Assembly: GCA_964016885.1 (NCBI GenBank)
Contig: OZ024750.1
Span: forward strand, 30,194,001 to 30,258,000
Reading direction: 5' to 3'
Origin: Eledone cirrhosa
Taxonomy: Eukaryota
Length of the DNA: 64,000 nucleotides
The notes below the pieces were generated by a model. It saw only the letters and a program-made list of their open reading frames with translations, was not told where the DNA came from and did no database searches. Below are positions 23,390 to 38,189 of this stretch, piece by piece (positions within the stretch are counted from its first letter, which is position 1; every line of letters starts with the position of its first letter). A program made the position numbers and the translations under genes.

Positions 23390-24050
23390 CATATACACTA
23401 TATATTTTATATACACGATATATACTATATATACTATATACACTATATATTGTATATACACTATATATACTATATATTTTTTATATACACTATATATACT
23501 ATATATTTTATATACATATTTTTTATATACACTATATATACTATATATTTTATATACACTATATTTTTTATATACACTATATATACCATATACACTATAT
23601 ATTTTATATACACTATATATACTATATATTTTATATATACTATATATTTTATATACACTATATACACTTTATATATACTATATACACTATATATGCTATA
23701 TACACTTTATATACTCTATACACTTTATATATTATATACTCTATATACACTATATATACTATACACACTATATATACTATATATACTATATATACTATAT
23801 GTACTATATACACTATATATACTATATACACTATATATACTATATACACTTTATTATATACACTATATACACTTTATATATTATATACACTATATACACT
23901 ATATATAGTATATACACTATATATACTATATACACCTTATATATTATATACACTATATGTAGTATATACACTTTATATATTATATACACTATATTATATA
24001 CACTATATATATTATATACACTATATATATTATATACACTACATACATAC
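23390..24050. repeat. TATATACAC-type low-complexity satellite
   Basis: Direct reading. Confidence 0.9.
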
Positions 24051-24185
24051 TTACATAAATATACAGGGACAAATTACCAAGATATAGGAATATATTAGTC
24101 ACAACATAGCTCTGCCTCTACCACACACATTGTAAACTACTTTAACATTTAGTGAGTGGTCTTGTCAACAATTTATACACCATTC

Positions 24186-27158
24186 CACATCTATATACCA
24201 ACACACATCTATACACCAACACACATCTATATACCAACACACATCTATATACCAACACACATCTATATACCAACACATCTATACACCAACACACATCTAT
24301 ACACCAACACACATCTATATACCAACACACATCTATATACCAACACACATCTATACACCAACACACATCTATATACCAACACACATCTATATACCAACAC
24401 ACATCTATATACCAACACACATCTATATACCAACACATCTATACACCAACACACATCTATACACCATCACACATCTATACACCAACACACATCTATACAC
24501 CAACACACATCTATACACCAACACACATCTATATACCAACACACATCTATATACCAACACACATCTATATACCAACACATCTATATACCAACACATCTAT
24601 ACACCAACATACATCTATATACCAACACACATCTATATACCAACACACATCTATATACCAACACATCTATACACCAACACACATCTATACACCAACACAC
24701 ATCTATACACCAACACACATCTATACACCAACACACATCTATACACCAACACACATCTATATACCAACACACATCTATATACCAACACATCTATATACCA
24801 ACACATCTATACACCAACACACATCTATACACCAACACACATCTATACACCAACACACATCTATACACCAACACACATCTATACACCAACACACATCTAT
24901 ACACCAACACACATCTATACACCAACACACATCTATACACCAACACACATCTATATACCAACAAACATCTATACACCAACACACATCTATATACCAACAC
25001 ACATCTATATACCAACACACATCTATATACCAACACACATCTATATACCAACACATCTATACACCAACACACATCTATATACCAACACATCTATACACCA
25101 ACACACATCTATACACCAACACACATCTATATACCAACACATCTATACACCAACACACATCTATATACCAACACATCTATACACCAACACACATCTATAT
25201 ACCAACACATCTATACACCAACACACATCTATACACCAACACACATCTATACACCAACACACATCTATACACCAACACACATCTATACACCAACACATCT
25301 ATACACCAACACATCTATACACCAACACACATCTATATACCAACACACATCTATACACCAACACACATCTATATACCAACACATCTATACACCATCACAT
25401 CTATACACCAACACACATCTATATACCATCACATCTATACACCAACACACATCTATACACCAACACACATCTATACACCAACACACATCTATACACCAAC
25501 ACACATCTATATACCAACACACATCTATACACCAACACACATCTATACACCAACACACATCTATATACCAACACACATCTATATACCAACACACATCTAT
25601 ACACCAACACACATCTATATACCAACACATCTATACACCAACACACATCTATATACCAACACATCTATACACCAACACACATCTATATACCAACACATCT
25701 ATACACCAACACACATCTATACACCAACACACATCTATACACCAACACACATCTATACACCAACACATCTATACACCAACACACATCTATATACCAACAC
25801 ACATCTATACACCAACACACATCTATATACCAACACATCTATACACCATCACATCTATACACCAACACACATCTATATACCATCACATCTATACACCAAC
25901 ACACATCTATACACCAACACACATCTATACACCAACACACATCTATATACCAACACACATCTATATACCAACACACATCTATACACCAACACACATCTAT
26001 ACACCAACACACATCTATATACCAACACACATCTATACACCAACACATCTATACACCAACACACATCTATATACCAACACATCTATACACCAACACACAT
26101 CTATACACCAACACACATCTATACACCAACACACATCTATATACCAACACACATCTATATACCAACACATCTATACACCAACACACATCTATATACCAAC
26201 ACATCTATACACCAACACACATCTATATACCAACACATCTATACACCAACACACATCTATACACCAACACACATCTATACACCAACACACATCTATACAC
26301 CAACACACATCTATACACCAACACACATCTATATACCAACACACATCTATACACCAACACACATCTATATACCAACACATCTATACACCATCACATCTAT
26401 ACACCAACACACATCTATATACCATCACATCTATACACCAACACACATCTATACACCAACACACATCTATACACCAACACACATCTATATACCAACACAC
26501 ATCTATACACCAACACACATCTATACACCAACACACATCTATATACCAACACATCTATACACCAACACACATCTATATACCAACACATCTATACACCAAC
26601 ACACATCTATACACCAACACACATCTATACACCAACACATCTATACACCAACACACATCTATATACCAACACACATCTATACACCAACACACATCTATAT
26701 ACCAACACATCTATACACCATCACATCTATACACCAACACACATCTATATACCATCACATCTATACACCAACACACATCTATACACCAACACACATCTAT
26801 ATACCAACACACATCTATATACCAACACACATCTATATACCAACACATCTATACACCAACACACATCTATACACCAACACACATCTATACACCAACACAC
26901 ATCTATACACCAACACACATCTATACACCAACACACATCTATATACCAACACACATCTATACACCAACACACATCTATACACCAACACACATCTATACAC
27001 CAACACATCTATACACCAACACACATCTATACACCAACACACATCTATACACCAACACACATCTATACACCAACACACATCTATACACCAACACACATCT
27101 ATATACCAACACACATCTATACACCAACACACATCTATACACCATCACACATCTATAC
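24186..27158. repeat. 18/16-bp minisatellite (ACCAACAC[AC]ATCTATAY), about 3 kb
   Basis: Direct reading; lacks stops on the + strand, giving spurious 1000-aa ORFs. Confidence 0.97.
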
Positions 27159-27529
27159 ATTGCTGGCTTTGTGCCTAAATTAGAAATTATTAAAAGCAAC
27201 AAGGAATCCATTGAATTTTTGTCAAGTCATGTAAATGAAGTAAACAGCCATATTGTGACAACTTACATGTGAATTTATTTAGTTTAGTGGTTCAAGAGTT
27301 CTGTTCACAAACTGAAAGATCAGCGTTCACCTCCTGCTGGCATATGATGGCCTTGGGCAAAACACTTTATTTCATGTTGCTCCAGTCCACTCAGCTGGAA
27401 CAAATAAATTGTACTTAAGCTGAATCTCCCTGAGAATTTACATTAAAGTCTACTTGCGCCTGTGGAATGTTCAGCCACTTGCATGTTAATTTCACAAGCA
27501 GGTGTAACTCATGCTTTTTTTTTTATGGG

Positions 27530-27786
27530 CATGAGGTTAGAATGTCTCAGGAAAGAATCGCTGGACAGATTTTATGGGCAAAAACCAACAGGCAGGAGAC
27601 CCAGAGGTACACCTCGAGCAAGATGGTTGGATAATATCCATGAGCTTGGCTGGTCTCACTTGGTGATGAAGCCGGATTAGTTGGTGACGGTTGGTTCTGA
27701 CAGGACATGCTGGAAGGTGTGGTTGAGGACTCTTCCCTCTGTCGACACTCTCAGGAATATGTGGGTGAAGAACAAGAAGAAGAAGA
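27530..27786 (+). pseudogene. RTE (Expander/Rex3-like) LINE 3' fragment
   Basis: PTGRRPRGTPRARWLDNIHELGWSHL..DRTCWKVWLRTLP; (AAG)n tail. Confidence 0.8.
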
Positions 27787-29029
27787 CGGTGTAACTCGTT
27801 GATCAAACAACTAGAAAAGTTGACGTTAGAACTGACTCAAATGAAATAATAACATTTCCAATGTTGTCCACCCATCCATGCTTCCTCCAACTATAACTAC
27901 TCAACCATAACAGACTTGAATCAGGTCATTAACTCTAAACATCCTGTCATAATGCAGTAGAAGATAACGAAAAACAGGTTCATTCATTCAACTGTTGATA
28001 AATATCTTTACTAAAATATACAGCTTTGTACAAATTTGTAAACACTCGTGTTTTTCATGTAATGCCGTCATAGTTTTTCGTATTTTTCAAGAATGTCTTG
28101 GTAATGTGGTTTCATGTGGAACAGGATGTTAAGAGTTAAGTATGTGTGCATGTGTGTGGAGGGAATTGTGTTTATTGTTTAACTTAGCGGTTCAACAAAA
28201 AAGAAATCAACAAAATAAGTACAGAACCGTTTCTGACTTAGTTTCTACAGCTGGATGTCCTTCTTAACACCAACCACATTTACAGTGTGGGCTGGGTACT
28301 TTTTATCATGGCACCAAAACAACCACTTTACAGAGTGGGCTGGGTACTTTTTGCTTTGACACCTACATGATCACTTTACAGTGTAGACTAGGTACTTTTT
28401 GTCGTGATGGCCACTTTATAGTGTGGACTGTGGGCTGGAGCGAGGTGGTGGTGTAAGGGCGTGGGTGAAGGGTGGGGTGTCAGGCATGGGAGGTGTACGG
28501 AAGGTGATGGGATACGAGTAAAGTGGTGCATACTAGATGTATGCTTCAACGCATGCACATGGGAAGACGGGCCTTCTGTATACACTCACATGGAACAAAA
28601 AGCGCTACCTATATAAATATGCCACAAAAGGTTGAGAGTACGATTCAGTTGTGTCAAAAGTAATGCAACCTCTCTAGTATTGGTGACATGATAAATTCAC
28701 CCAACACTGTAAAATAATTGATGATAGGAAAGAAATCCAGCCATAGAAAACTTGCCAATCAAAGTCAAGAGGACTCTTCAACTGGGTCGATAGACTGAAG
28801 AGGGCAAACAGTCCAAGTATCGGTCACTCACTGATAGGTTTGTGGTGACCCCCGACCACATCCCTACTCACTGCTATCGGAGCAGAGTTGGTGGAGTGAA
28901 TGGTTCAGCATGTCTCCCTTGTCATCCTCCAGGGCAATATATTCTCCATCATGTCAGCCATGACCCAGAGGCAGAGGGTAAGTTAGTTGGAGGTGGAAGA
29001 TACATCTTTGGATGTCACAAATTTACATA

Positions 29030-29172
29030 TACTTCCTCTTCTATTCTTCTCCCACTTATTCCTGAGAGGGTTGTGGGGGCAGAGTCCTCAAACACTCCCT
29101 CCAGCGAGTCCTGTCAGAAGCAGCCGTCTCCAACTGATTCGGCTGAATCCCCAAGTGTGACCAAAGTACCAG
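29030..29172 (-). pseudogene. RTE (Expander/Rex3-like) 3' fragment
   Basis: LWSHLGIQPNQLETAASDRTRWRECLRTLPPQP. Confidence 0.75.
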
Positions 29173-29656
29173 ATTGGTGACAGGTGTGAATAAGACCACT
29201 GAAACTGCAATATGATGAGGAAAAGAAAGAAAAACCATACCGCACTGTCCTTTGCATGGGTTAAAAAGGGACGCGTCCAAGCCTTAGGTAGAGGAGCCTG
29301 TTCGAAAAATATATTGCAGTCTCCATTTCATGCTGCAAAAATTGGCAATGGGCCTGCAACCAGTCCTGTGAGGCATGGGATGGACGCACAAAGGTTGCAT
29401 GACCCGAGACCCCATCACATATACATCATATGGAAATTGATAGATTTTTCGTGATTTCTTTGAAGACTTACTAAATGACAGTCAGTCTTCCTAATGCTGG
29501 TGTCATGATAAAATATACCCGGTACACTCTGTAGATTGTAGGAACATATTTAAGTGAGATGTGGGCACCTCCAACCTATCTGAGAGGTAAGTAGAGATGA
29601 CACATCCAAGCCTTGTTAATAGGGAGAATGGGTGTTAAATGATGATGATGATGATA

Positions 29657-29939
29657 TCATCATCATCATTTTACGTCCGCTTTTCCCTGCTTGCAAGGGT
29701 GGGACGGGAACTATTTCTGGCTTGATTTCTACAGCTGGATGCCCTTCCTAACACCAACCTCATTTACAGTGAGTGGTAGGTGCTTTTTTTTTTGCCTCTA
29801 CAACCACTTTGCAGTGGAATGATAGGGACCCTAGTCCCTATCATCTCATTTCTACAGCTGAGTAAACTGGAGCAATGTAAAATAAAGTGTCTTGCTCAAG
29901 GAAACAACACATCACCCGGTCTGAGAATTGAACTCACAA
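29657..29939 (-). mobile_element. SINE S2 (RTE-tailed), 5' truncated at the B box
   Basis: Tail CCCACCCTTGCAAGCAGGGAAAAGCGGACGTAAAATGATG is identical to the LINE 3' end. Confidence 0.85.
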
Positions 29940-30068
29940 GATGATTTCTAAAGAATGAAACAGTTCTGGTCCTGTAGAATCTCATCTATATTAAAACTTT
30001 TATACTCTGCAATGTATTGAGTACCTTACTTACTGTGGTTACCTCCGATTCAACCCGGAATAACGTAC
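29940..30068 (+). mobile_element. Family B pLTR, truncated inside the hammerhead core
   Basis: GATGA-TTTCTAAAGAAT-GAAA-CAG..CTG-TA-GAATCTC plus extension; near-identical to the reverse complement of 44544-44669. Confidence 0.8.
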
Positions 30069-30194
30069 CTATATATATAAGGATTAAAATACTGGAGTGT
30101 GTTGGAGTTAAACACCCTCTTCGTATTATAAAAATGACAGTAAAAGGTATAGCTCAATGTAATTAAACAGAGCCGAAGAATTATGAAAATAAAT

Positions 30195-30246
30195 TTTAAT
30201 TGCCCTGATGAGTCCTAAATAGGACGAAACATTGTTGGCTAATAAA
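30195..30246 (+). ncRNA. Minimal type I hammerhead ribozyme (family D)
   Basis: GCC-CTGATGA(30205-30211)-GTCCT(AAAT)AGGAC-GAAA-C(ATT)G-TT-GGC; canonical G-C stem II closure; GUU triplet; followed by AATAAA and (TA)n. Confidence 0.8.
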
Positions 30247-30284
30247 GACTTTTGATGTATTGAAGGCTTCTTTGTTTTATTTTC

Positions 30285-30320
<36 letters not shown>

Positions 30321-30484
30321 TTATCATTACTATTATTAGCACTAAAAGTTTAAGCAAACAATCTCTGCTTTCAACCATAAAATATATCAATACAGATATA
30401 AATATATATACACAGATGATGGAGTATGTTTAAGTTATGGGATCATACATAAAACTAAGAACATTTAATTTATGGATCACAAAA

Positions 30485-30779
30485 TGATAATGTTCGTGAT
30501 GGTGATGATAGTGATGCTTATGATAGTGATGAAAGTGATGGTGATGATAACGATGGTGATAGTGATGATAGTGATGGTGGTGGTGATGGTGATGGTGGTG
30601 ATGATATTGATGGTGACAGTGGTGATGGTGGTGATGGTGATGATGATGGTGGTGATGGCGATGATGATGGTGATGGTGATGGTGATGATATTGATGGTGA
30701 CAGTGGTGATGATCGTGATGGTGGTGATGGTGGTGATGATGGTGGTGATGATGGTAATGATGATGATGGTGATAGTGTC

Positions 30780-30811
<32 letters not shown>

Positions 30812-30860
30812 GTAGTGGTGATAGTGGTGATGATGATGGTGATGGTGATGATAGTGATTT
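30485..30860. repeat. GAT/GGT trinucleotide repeat
   Basis: Direct reading. Confidence 0.93.
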
Positions 30861-31209
30861 CAATATAATTCAGAAATAAAGATAGTAACAATATGTAACA
30901 GAGAGTGAATGTATTGTCCAATTTATAGTAAGGGAATCTGATATATTCAAATACGATGGAAGGATAAAGACTTTGAAGTAGGTTTTATGGATGTTTTAGA
31001 TAGCAGATGATACCAGTAATATATGTTGATAAATAACAAAGAAATACATAAAACTGAATTGTTCACTCTATGATGTGTAAATATAACAAGAGATTGTTAA
31101 GTTTTTATGATCTGAATTATGTTAAACTGTGTAGTTATGATATAACTGAGAGCAACATTAGTTGAATTGTTGGCTTTTATTATATGAAACAACAACCCAA
31201 GAATAGAAT

Positions 31210-32015
31210 AGATACCAGCCTAGTCAAAAGCAGCTCTGGTTCTATGAAACACACTTTATAAACCCTTTAGATACCAACCTAGCCAAAAGCAGCTCTGGTT
31301 CTATGAAACACACTTTATAAACCCTTTAGATACCAACCTAGCCAAAAGCAGCTCTGGTCCTATGAAACACACTTTATAAACCCTTTAGATACCAACCTAG
31401 CCAAAAGCAGCTCTGGTTCTATGAAACACACTTTATAAACCCTTTAGATACCAACCTAGTCAAAAGCAGCTCTGGTTCTATGAAACACACTTTATAAACC
31501 CTTTAGATACCAGCCTAGTCAAAAGCAGCTCTGGTTCTATGAAACACACTTTATAAACCCTTTAGATACCAGCCTAGTCAAAAGCAGCTCTGGTTCTATG
31601 AAACACACTTTATAAACCCTTTAGATGTCAACCTAGTCAAAAGCAGCTCTGGTCCTATGAAACACACTTTATAAACCCTTTAGATACCAACCTAGTCAAA
31701 AGCAGCTCTGGTTCTATGAAACACACTTTATAAACCCTTTAGATACCAACCTAGCCAAAAGCAGCTCTGGTCCTATGAAACACACTTTATAAACCCTTTA
31801 GATATCAACCTAGTCAAAAGCAGCTCTGGTTCTATGGAACACACTTCATGAACTCTTAAGATACCAACATCACCAAAACAGCTCTGCTTCTATGAAACAC
31901 TTTATAAACTCTTTAGATATCAGCCTAGCCAAATAAAGCTCCATTTCTATGAAACACACTTTATAAACCCTTTAGATACCAACCTGGCCCAAACCAGCTC
32001 TGGTTCTATGAAACA
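31210..32015. repeat. 59-bp minisatellite, about 13 units, built from a MITE-like terminus (AACCCTTTAGATACC)
   Basis: Period 59; followed by three degenerate units of about 175 bp ending in AAGGGTTAA near 32538. Confidence 0.92.
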
Positions 32016-32730
32016 AAACCAACCATTTTAAAGGGTTTATATTTAAATAAAAATCTTATAACGTGAATTTATATAAGAACCATATGTTAAGTTACTACAC
32101 TAGTAATAACATAATTTCAGTAAATTTCAGTAAATTCAAAATTCTTCATTAATTAAGTGAAATAGTGTCTTTCATTAAAGATACAGTAACAAGAGAGTTA
32201 AAAGGTTCCTATTTAAATTAAAATCTTCAATATAAATTTATATAAGAAACATATGTTAAGTTACTACCTTAGTGATAAAATAATAATTTTAGTAAATCCT
32301 TCAAAATTCTTCATTAATTAATTGAAATAGAATATCTTTCATTAGAAATACGGTCGCAAGAAGTTTAAAGGGTTCCTATTTAAATTAAAATCTTCCAATA
32401 TAAATTTATATAAGAACCGTATGTTAAATTACTATCTTCATAATGAAATAATTAAACAGTTAGGTAAAGCCTTTAAAATTATTCATTAATTAATTAAATT
32501 ACAATCTTTCATTAGAAATCTGACAAAGAAAGGGTTAAAGTGATGAAAACATGAGAGAGTGAAAGAGCCCCTAATATGTTGTTGTTGATGTTGTTGTTGT
32601 TTAGCAACAGACTAACCCAATTGTTACCATACTTCTAATGAAATACACTATGTGTTAACAATGAGCTGTGATCTCTCAAGTCGGAGAATAGTGGATCTAC
32701 TTGGAGTGATTCTCTGATCTCCGAGTTACG

Positions 32731-33237
32731 TGATGATGACGATGGTGATGACAATGGTGATGATGATGTTGATGATGATGATGATGATGATATGATGAGG
32801 AGGACAATGATGATGATGATGATAATATGATGAGGACAATGATGATGATGATGATGATATGATGAAGACAATGATGATGATGATGATGATATGATGAGGA
32901 CAATGATGATGATGATGATAATATGATGAGGACAATGATGATGATGATGATATGATGAGGACAATGATGATGATGATGATGACAATGATGATGACAATGA
33001 TGATGATGATGACAATGATGATGATGACAAAGATGAAGATAACAATGACTGCAATGATAATGATGATGATGATAATATGATGAGGACAATGATAATGATG
33101 ATGATGATAATATGATGAGGACAATGATGATGATGATGATGATAATATGATGAGGACAATGATGATGACGATGATGATGATGATGACAATGATGATGATG
33201 ACAAAGCTGAAGATGATGGTAACAATGACTACAATGA
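32731..33237. repeat. (ATG)n-derived repeat
   Basis: Direct reading. Confidence 0.93.
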
Positions 33238-33400
33238 TAATTGTTTCTACTTTTGGCACAAGGCCAGCAATTACCCCAGTGTATTACTGGTACTTTATTT
33301 TATCGACCCCCGTAAGGATGAAAGGAAAAGTTAACCTCGGCGGGATTTGAACTCAGAATGGCAAGAGCCGTAACTCTATGCCTCGAAGCATGGCGTCCGA
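33238..33400 (-). mobile_element. SINE S1
   Basis: Consensus match. Confidence 0.85.
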
Positions 33401-33420
33401 GACTACAATGATGATGATGA

Positions 33421-33760
33421 TATGCCCACAAAGTAAGAAAACAGCACAGTTCCCATGACTTTCGGAAACATTTTTTCACGCTCAGAGTTGCTGAAGCATG
33501 GAACAAACTACCGGCATCAGTTGTTAGCTGTCGAGACACTGCATCCTTTAAGGCCTCCATGGAACAAACAACCTGCATCAGTTGTTAGCTGTCGAGACAC
33601 TGCATCCTTTAAGGCCTCCATGCTTCCCGAGATCCGCCAACACTACAGCTAACACATACACACATGTACTTCCCTGACATTTGTGTATTATTCTATGTAC
33701 TATACATACACCTTTGACGAGTTGTAGTGCACCTGAGCACTTTACACAATAATTTCATTA
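33421..33760 (+). pseudogene. CR1-like LINE 3' fragment with an internal tandem duplication
   Basis: AHKVRKQHSSHDFRKHFFTLRVAEAWNKLPASVV..FK (CR1 ORF2 C-terminal motif); about 60 bp duplicated. Confidence 0.82.
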
Positions 33761-34139
33761 TATATATGATCATTAAATAATTGTCAACAACAAGAATGAT
33801 AAAGAACTTTCAAAGAATTGTCTGACTGTTATTTTATATTTGTGATTTCTTGATGATTTCTTGAAGTCAGAGAAAATCAGATTTTGTTCTTGGTAAGCAA
33901 ATAGTTCTAGAATGAAAACAAAATTCCATTTGATGAAGAGAAACAGAAATAGCTGAGCTACAATATATAATAAGTAAAGAAATACTAATAAACACGGTAC
34001 ATAGATATCATGCTGGCTTTATTAAAAAAAACTATCTAAAATACAATTATTCGTATTCAAAATATAAAAAAATAATTAGATTTTTTTTCACATTTTAATA
34101 GAAATAGATTTTCTCCCAGCGAGATTTAAATAAATAAGT

Positions 34140-34620
34140 AATAATTGTCTCTATATTTGGCACAAGACCAGCAATTGCTCAGTGTATTACTGGTACTTTA
34201 TACTGGGTGGAGAGGAAAGTTGATTAAATTGACCTCAGTGCATGACTGGTACTTTATTTTATCGACTCCAAAAGGATGAAAGTCAAAGCTAACTTCGGCG
34301 GGAAATGAACTCAGAACGCAAAGGGCCAAAAACTCTATGCAGCAAGCAAAGCATGGTGTCCGATGCTCTACCGATTCTGCCAATCCAATAATAATAATAA
34401 TTGTTTCTACTTTAGGCACAAGGCCAGCAATTATACCAGTGTATTACTGGTACTTTATTTTATCGAATGGTTTCTGATTTAGGCACAAGGCCAGCAAATT
34501 TTTTGTGGAGGGGAAAGTCGATTAAATCGACCCCAGTGCATTACTGGTAGATTATTATATCGACTCCATAAGGATGAATGGCAAAGCTAACCTCAGCAGG
34601 ATTTGAACTCAGAATGTAAC
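34140..34620 (-). mobile_element. Nested or tandem S1 SINEs
   Basis: Three to four partial consensus matches. Confidence 0.8.
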
Positions 34621-35672
34621 AAGCTTACATCACTACTGGACAGGACACCAGTCCATTGCAAGCTCACCTCACCACTGGACAGGACACCAGTCCATTGCAA
34701 GCTCACCTCACCACTGGACAGGACACCAGTCCATTCTAAGGTCACCTCACCACTGGACAGGACACCAGTCCATTCTAAGGTCACCTCACCACTGGACGGG
34801 ACATCAGTCCATTGAAATGTTACCTCACCACTGGACAAGGCACCAGTCCATTGCAAAGTCACCTCACTACTGGACAGGACATCAGTCCATTGTAAGGTCA
34901 CCTCACCACTCGACAGGACACCAGTCCATTGAAATGTTACCTCACCACTGGACAGGACACCAGTCCATTGAAATGTTACCTCACTACTGGACAGGACACC
35001 AGTCCGTTGCAAAGTCACCTCACCACTGGACAGGACACCAGTCCATTCTAAGGTCACCTCACCACTGGACAGGACACCAGTCCATTGTAAGGTCACCTCA
35101 CCACTCGACAGGACACCAGTCTATTGAAATGTTACCTCACTACTGGACAGGACACCAGTCCGTTGCAAAGTCACCTCACCACTGGACAGGACACCAGTCC
35201 ATTCTAAGGTCACCTCACCACTGGACAGGACACCAGTCCATTGAAATGTTACCTCACCACTGGACAAGGCACCAGTCCATTGCAAAGTCACCTCACTACT
35301 GGACAGGACATCAGTCCATTGTAAGGTCACCTCACCACTGGACAGGACACCAGTCCATTGTAAGGTCACTTCACCCCTTGACAGGACACCAGTCCATTGA
35401 AATGTTACCTCACCACTGGACAGGACACCAGTCCATTGAAATGTTACCTCACCACTGGACAAGGCATCAGTCCATTGCAAAGTCACCTCACTACTGGACA
35501 GGACATCAGTCCATTGTAAGGTCACCTCACCACTGGACAGGACACCAGTCCATTGTAAGGTCACTTCCCCCCTTGACAGGACACCAGTCCATTGAAATGT
35601 TACCTCACCATTGGACAGGACACTAGTCCATTGAAATGTTACCTCACCACTGGACAGGATGCTAGTCCACTA
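34621..35672. repeat. 39-bp minisatellite (CCACTGGACAGGACACCAGTCCATTG..TCACCTCA)
   Basis: 13-aa periodic ORFs; the array runs into an S2-like SINE segment at 35672-35810. Confidence 0.95.
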
Positions 35673-37457
35673 CAAGATTAACTTCCACCTGCTTTTGTTA
35701 CACATTTTCCAGCTGAGTGGCCTGGAATAATGTGGAATGAAGTGCCTTGCTTAAAGACACCTGGGTTGAAGATTAAACCTTTAACCTTATAAATATGAGA
35801 CCAACACCTTACCCTTTAGCATTTAAACAGGCTGTATCCAGACAGAATTATCTTACCTCTTTCTATTCAAACTGGCCATAACTGGCTGTCCATACTGATA
35901 TTAAGATATTGTTCCCAAAATAAATAAAATAAAAATCTCATAGATTCGATATTATGTGAGATAAAGCCTTTACCATGAAAATACAATTGTATATTTAGAG
36001 TAATGTAAATGCTAAAGGGTCAAACATTAAGCTACACAGCATCTCTTTGTCAGATCTAGTGAAACATTAAACTACAGAGCATCTCTTTGTCAGACCTAGT
36101 CAAACAGGTTTACCACTTAGACTACTAACTGACCAAAACCTCTCATTTAAAGTAGTCATATTTAAATTAAAACCTCCCATCATAATTTCATGTAATAACT
36201 CACGTTAAATTATCTTTCAAACACCAATTATATAATAATAAAATTAATTATTTCATACAATCCATCTAAATTGTTGATTACTTTCCAAATTAATTAAATC
36301 ACATAGGCAGTGTATTTAATTAGAAATACAGTCACGAAAGGGCTAAAGAGCAGTAGTATCTGATTAAGTACATACAGTATGATGGTGGGGGGGGGGGGGG
36401 GGCTACCCCCCCATATAATAGCTGTGATGAGGATTATAATAGTTAAATTAATGTAATACTACAGAGAGATATTGTGATGGATGAAATCCTGGACCTGAAT
36501 CATCATCATCATCATCATCACCATCACCATAACCAGCTTTGACTTCATCATCATCATCATCATCATTGTTTAATACCCGCTTTCCCAGCTAACAAGGGTT
36601 AGACGAGTTTACTTAGACCAAGTCAGTACTGTAGCTGGGCCACAGACCTCGCAGGGGAGGTCGGTATCCTGCTTAAATATGGTCATTATCAAGTGCAGAC
36701 AAGAGGTTGCCCTTTCTACAGTGTGACCAAAGTTTTAAAAGGTAAATCCTCTTTTAGTTCTATCACTCTCACAGACAATCTTACAATCCTCGATCCATAA
36801 AAATTTGGTGTTCACTGCCGTAAACACTACCACCACCACCAGAACTACCACTACCACCACCACCAGAACTACCACTACCACCACCACCACCACTACCACA
36901 ACCGCCACCTCACACCACGACCACCACTACCACCACCGCCATCACCTCACACCACCACCACCACCTCACAACTACTGCCACCACACCCACCACTACCACC
37001 ATCACCTCACACCACCACCACCTCACACCATCACCACCACCACAACTACCACCATGATCACCACCACAACCACCACCACCACCACCACCACCACTCTCTA
37101 TCACATACACACACTTTTACCATCTCCCTCCCACAGCATGACTGACTTTTTACAGCACATGTAATTTATTATCTGTACCTTAATATAATAGATAAAAATA
37201 GAGAGAAGGTCAGTCTAAGTAGGAAGAAATAATTATTATAATAAGACCTTGAATCACAAAATGTTCTGCTACAAAAGACTGCCTTGTGTGGCACTGCACC
37301 ACCAGGAAACTACTGTTTGTTTAAATAGGTCGTTCTCCAACAAGTTTGTGGTTGAGTCCATAGCAGTAGAGAGCTCTGGTGTCCTTCGCCCTAGGATCAC
37401 CTCCCTACTCACCACCATCGGCATATATACCCAGAAAACTACTGTTTAAGGTCCTTG

Positions 37458-38125
37458 TTAACCCCTTTAATGTTCAAACCGGCCAAAACTGGCCAGAATT
37501 CTCTACCTCTTTCTGTTGAAACTGGCTGTAACTGGTAACTCAAACTGATGTTAAAGTATTGTTCTCAAAATAAATACTTTCAAAATCTCATAGATTCGAT
37601 ATTATGTGAGATAATTATGTGAGGTAAAGCCTTTACCATGAAAATATAATAGTATATATAGAGTAATGAGAATGTTATGTGAGATAATTATGTGAGATAA
37701 AGCTTTTACCATGAAAATATAATAGTATATATAGAGTAATGAGAATGTTATGTGAGATAATTATGTGAGATAAAGCTTTTACCATGAAAATATAATAGTA
37801 TATATAGAGTAATGTGAATGTTATGTGAGATAATTATGTGAGGTAAAGCCTTTACCATGAAAATATAATAGTATATATAGAGTAATGTGAATGTTATGTG
37901 AGATAATTATGTGAGGTAAAGCCTTTACCATGAAAATATAATAGTATATATAGAGTAATGTGAATATTATGTGAGATAATTATGTGAGGTAAAGCCTTTA
38001 CCATGAAAATATAATAGTATATATAGAGTAATGTGAATGTTATGTGAGATAATTATGTGAGGTAAAGCCTTTACCATGAAAATATAATAGTATATATAGA
38101 GTAATGTGAATACTAAAGGGTTAAA
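37458..38125 (+). mobile_element. piggyBac-type MITE with internal 73-bp tandem expansion (about 7 units)
   Basis: TTAACCCC...AAAGGGTTAA termini; period 73 (37602, 37675, 37748...). Confidence 0.8.
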
Positions 38126-38189
38126 GCCTGACAGGCAGAAGAAGATCCAGGAAATATCATATTTATCATCAATAATGATAATAATAATA

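Noticed and set aside
24152-27272. Two ORFs of about 1000 aa
   Set aside because: Translations of a stop-free minisatellite, open in several frames.
34621-35672. CRISPR-like palindromic repeats
   Set aside because: No unique spacers, no cas genes, eukaryotic context; a plain tandem repeat.
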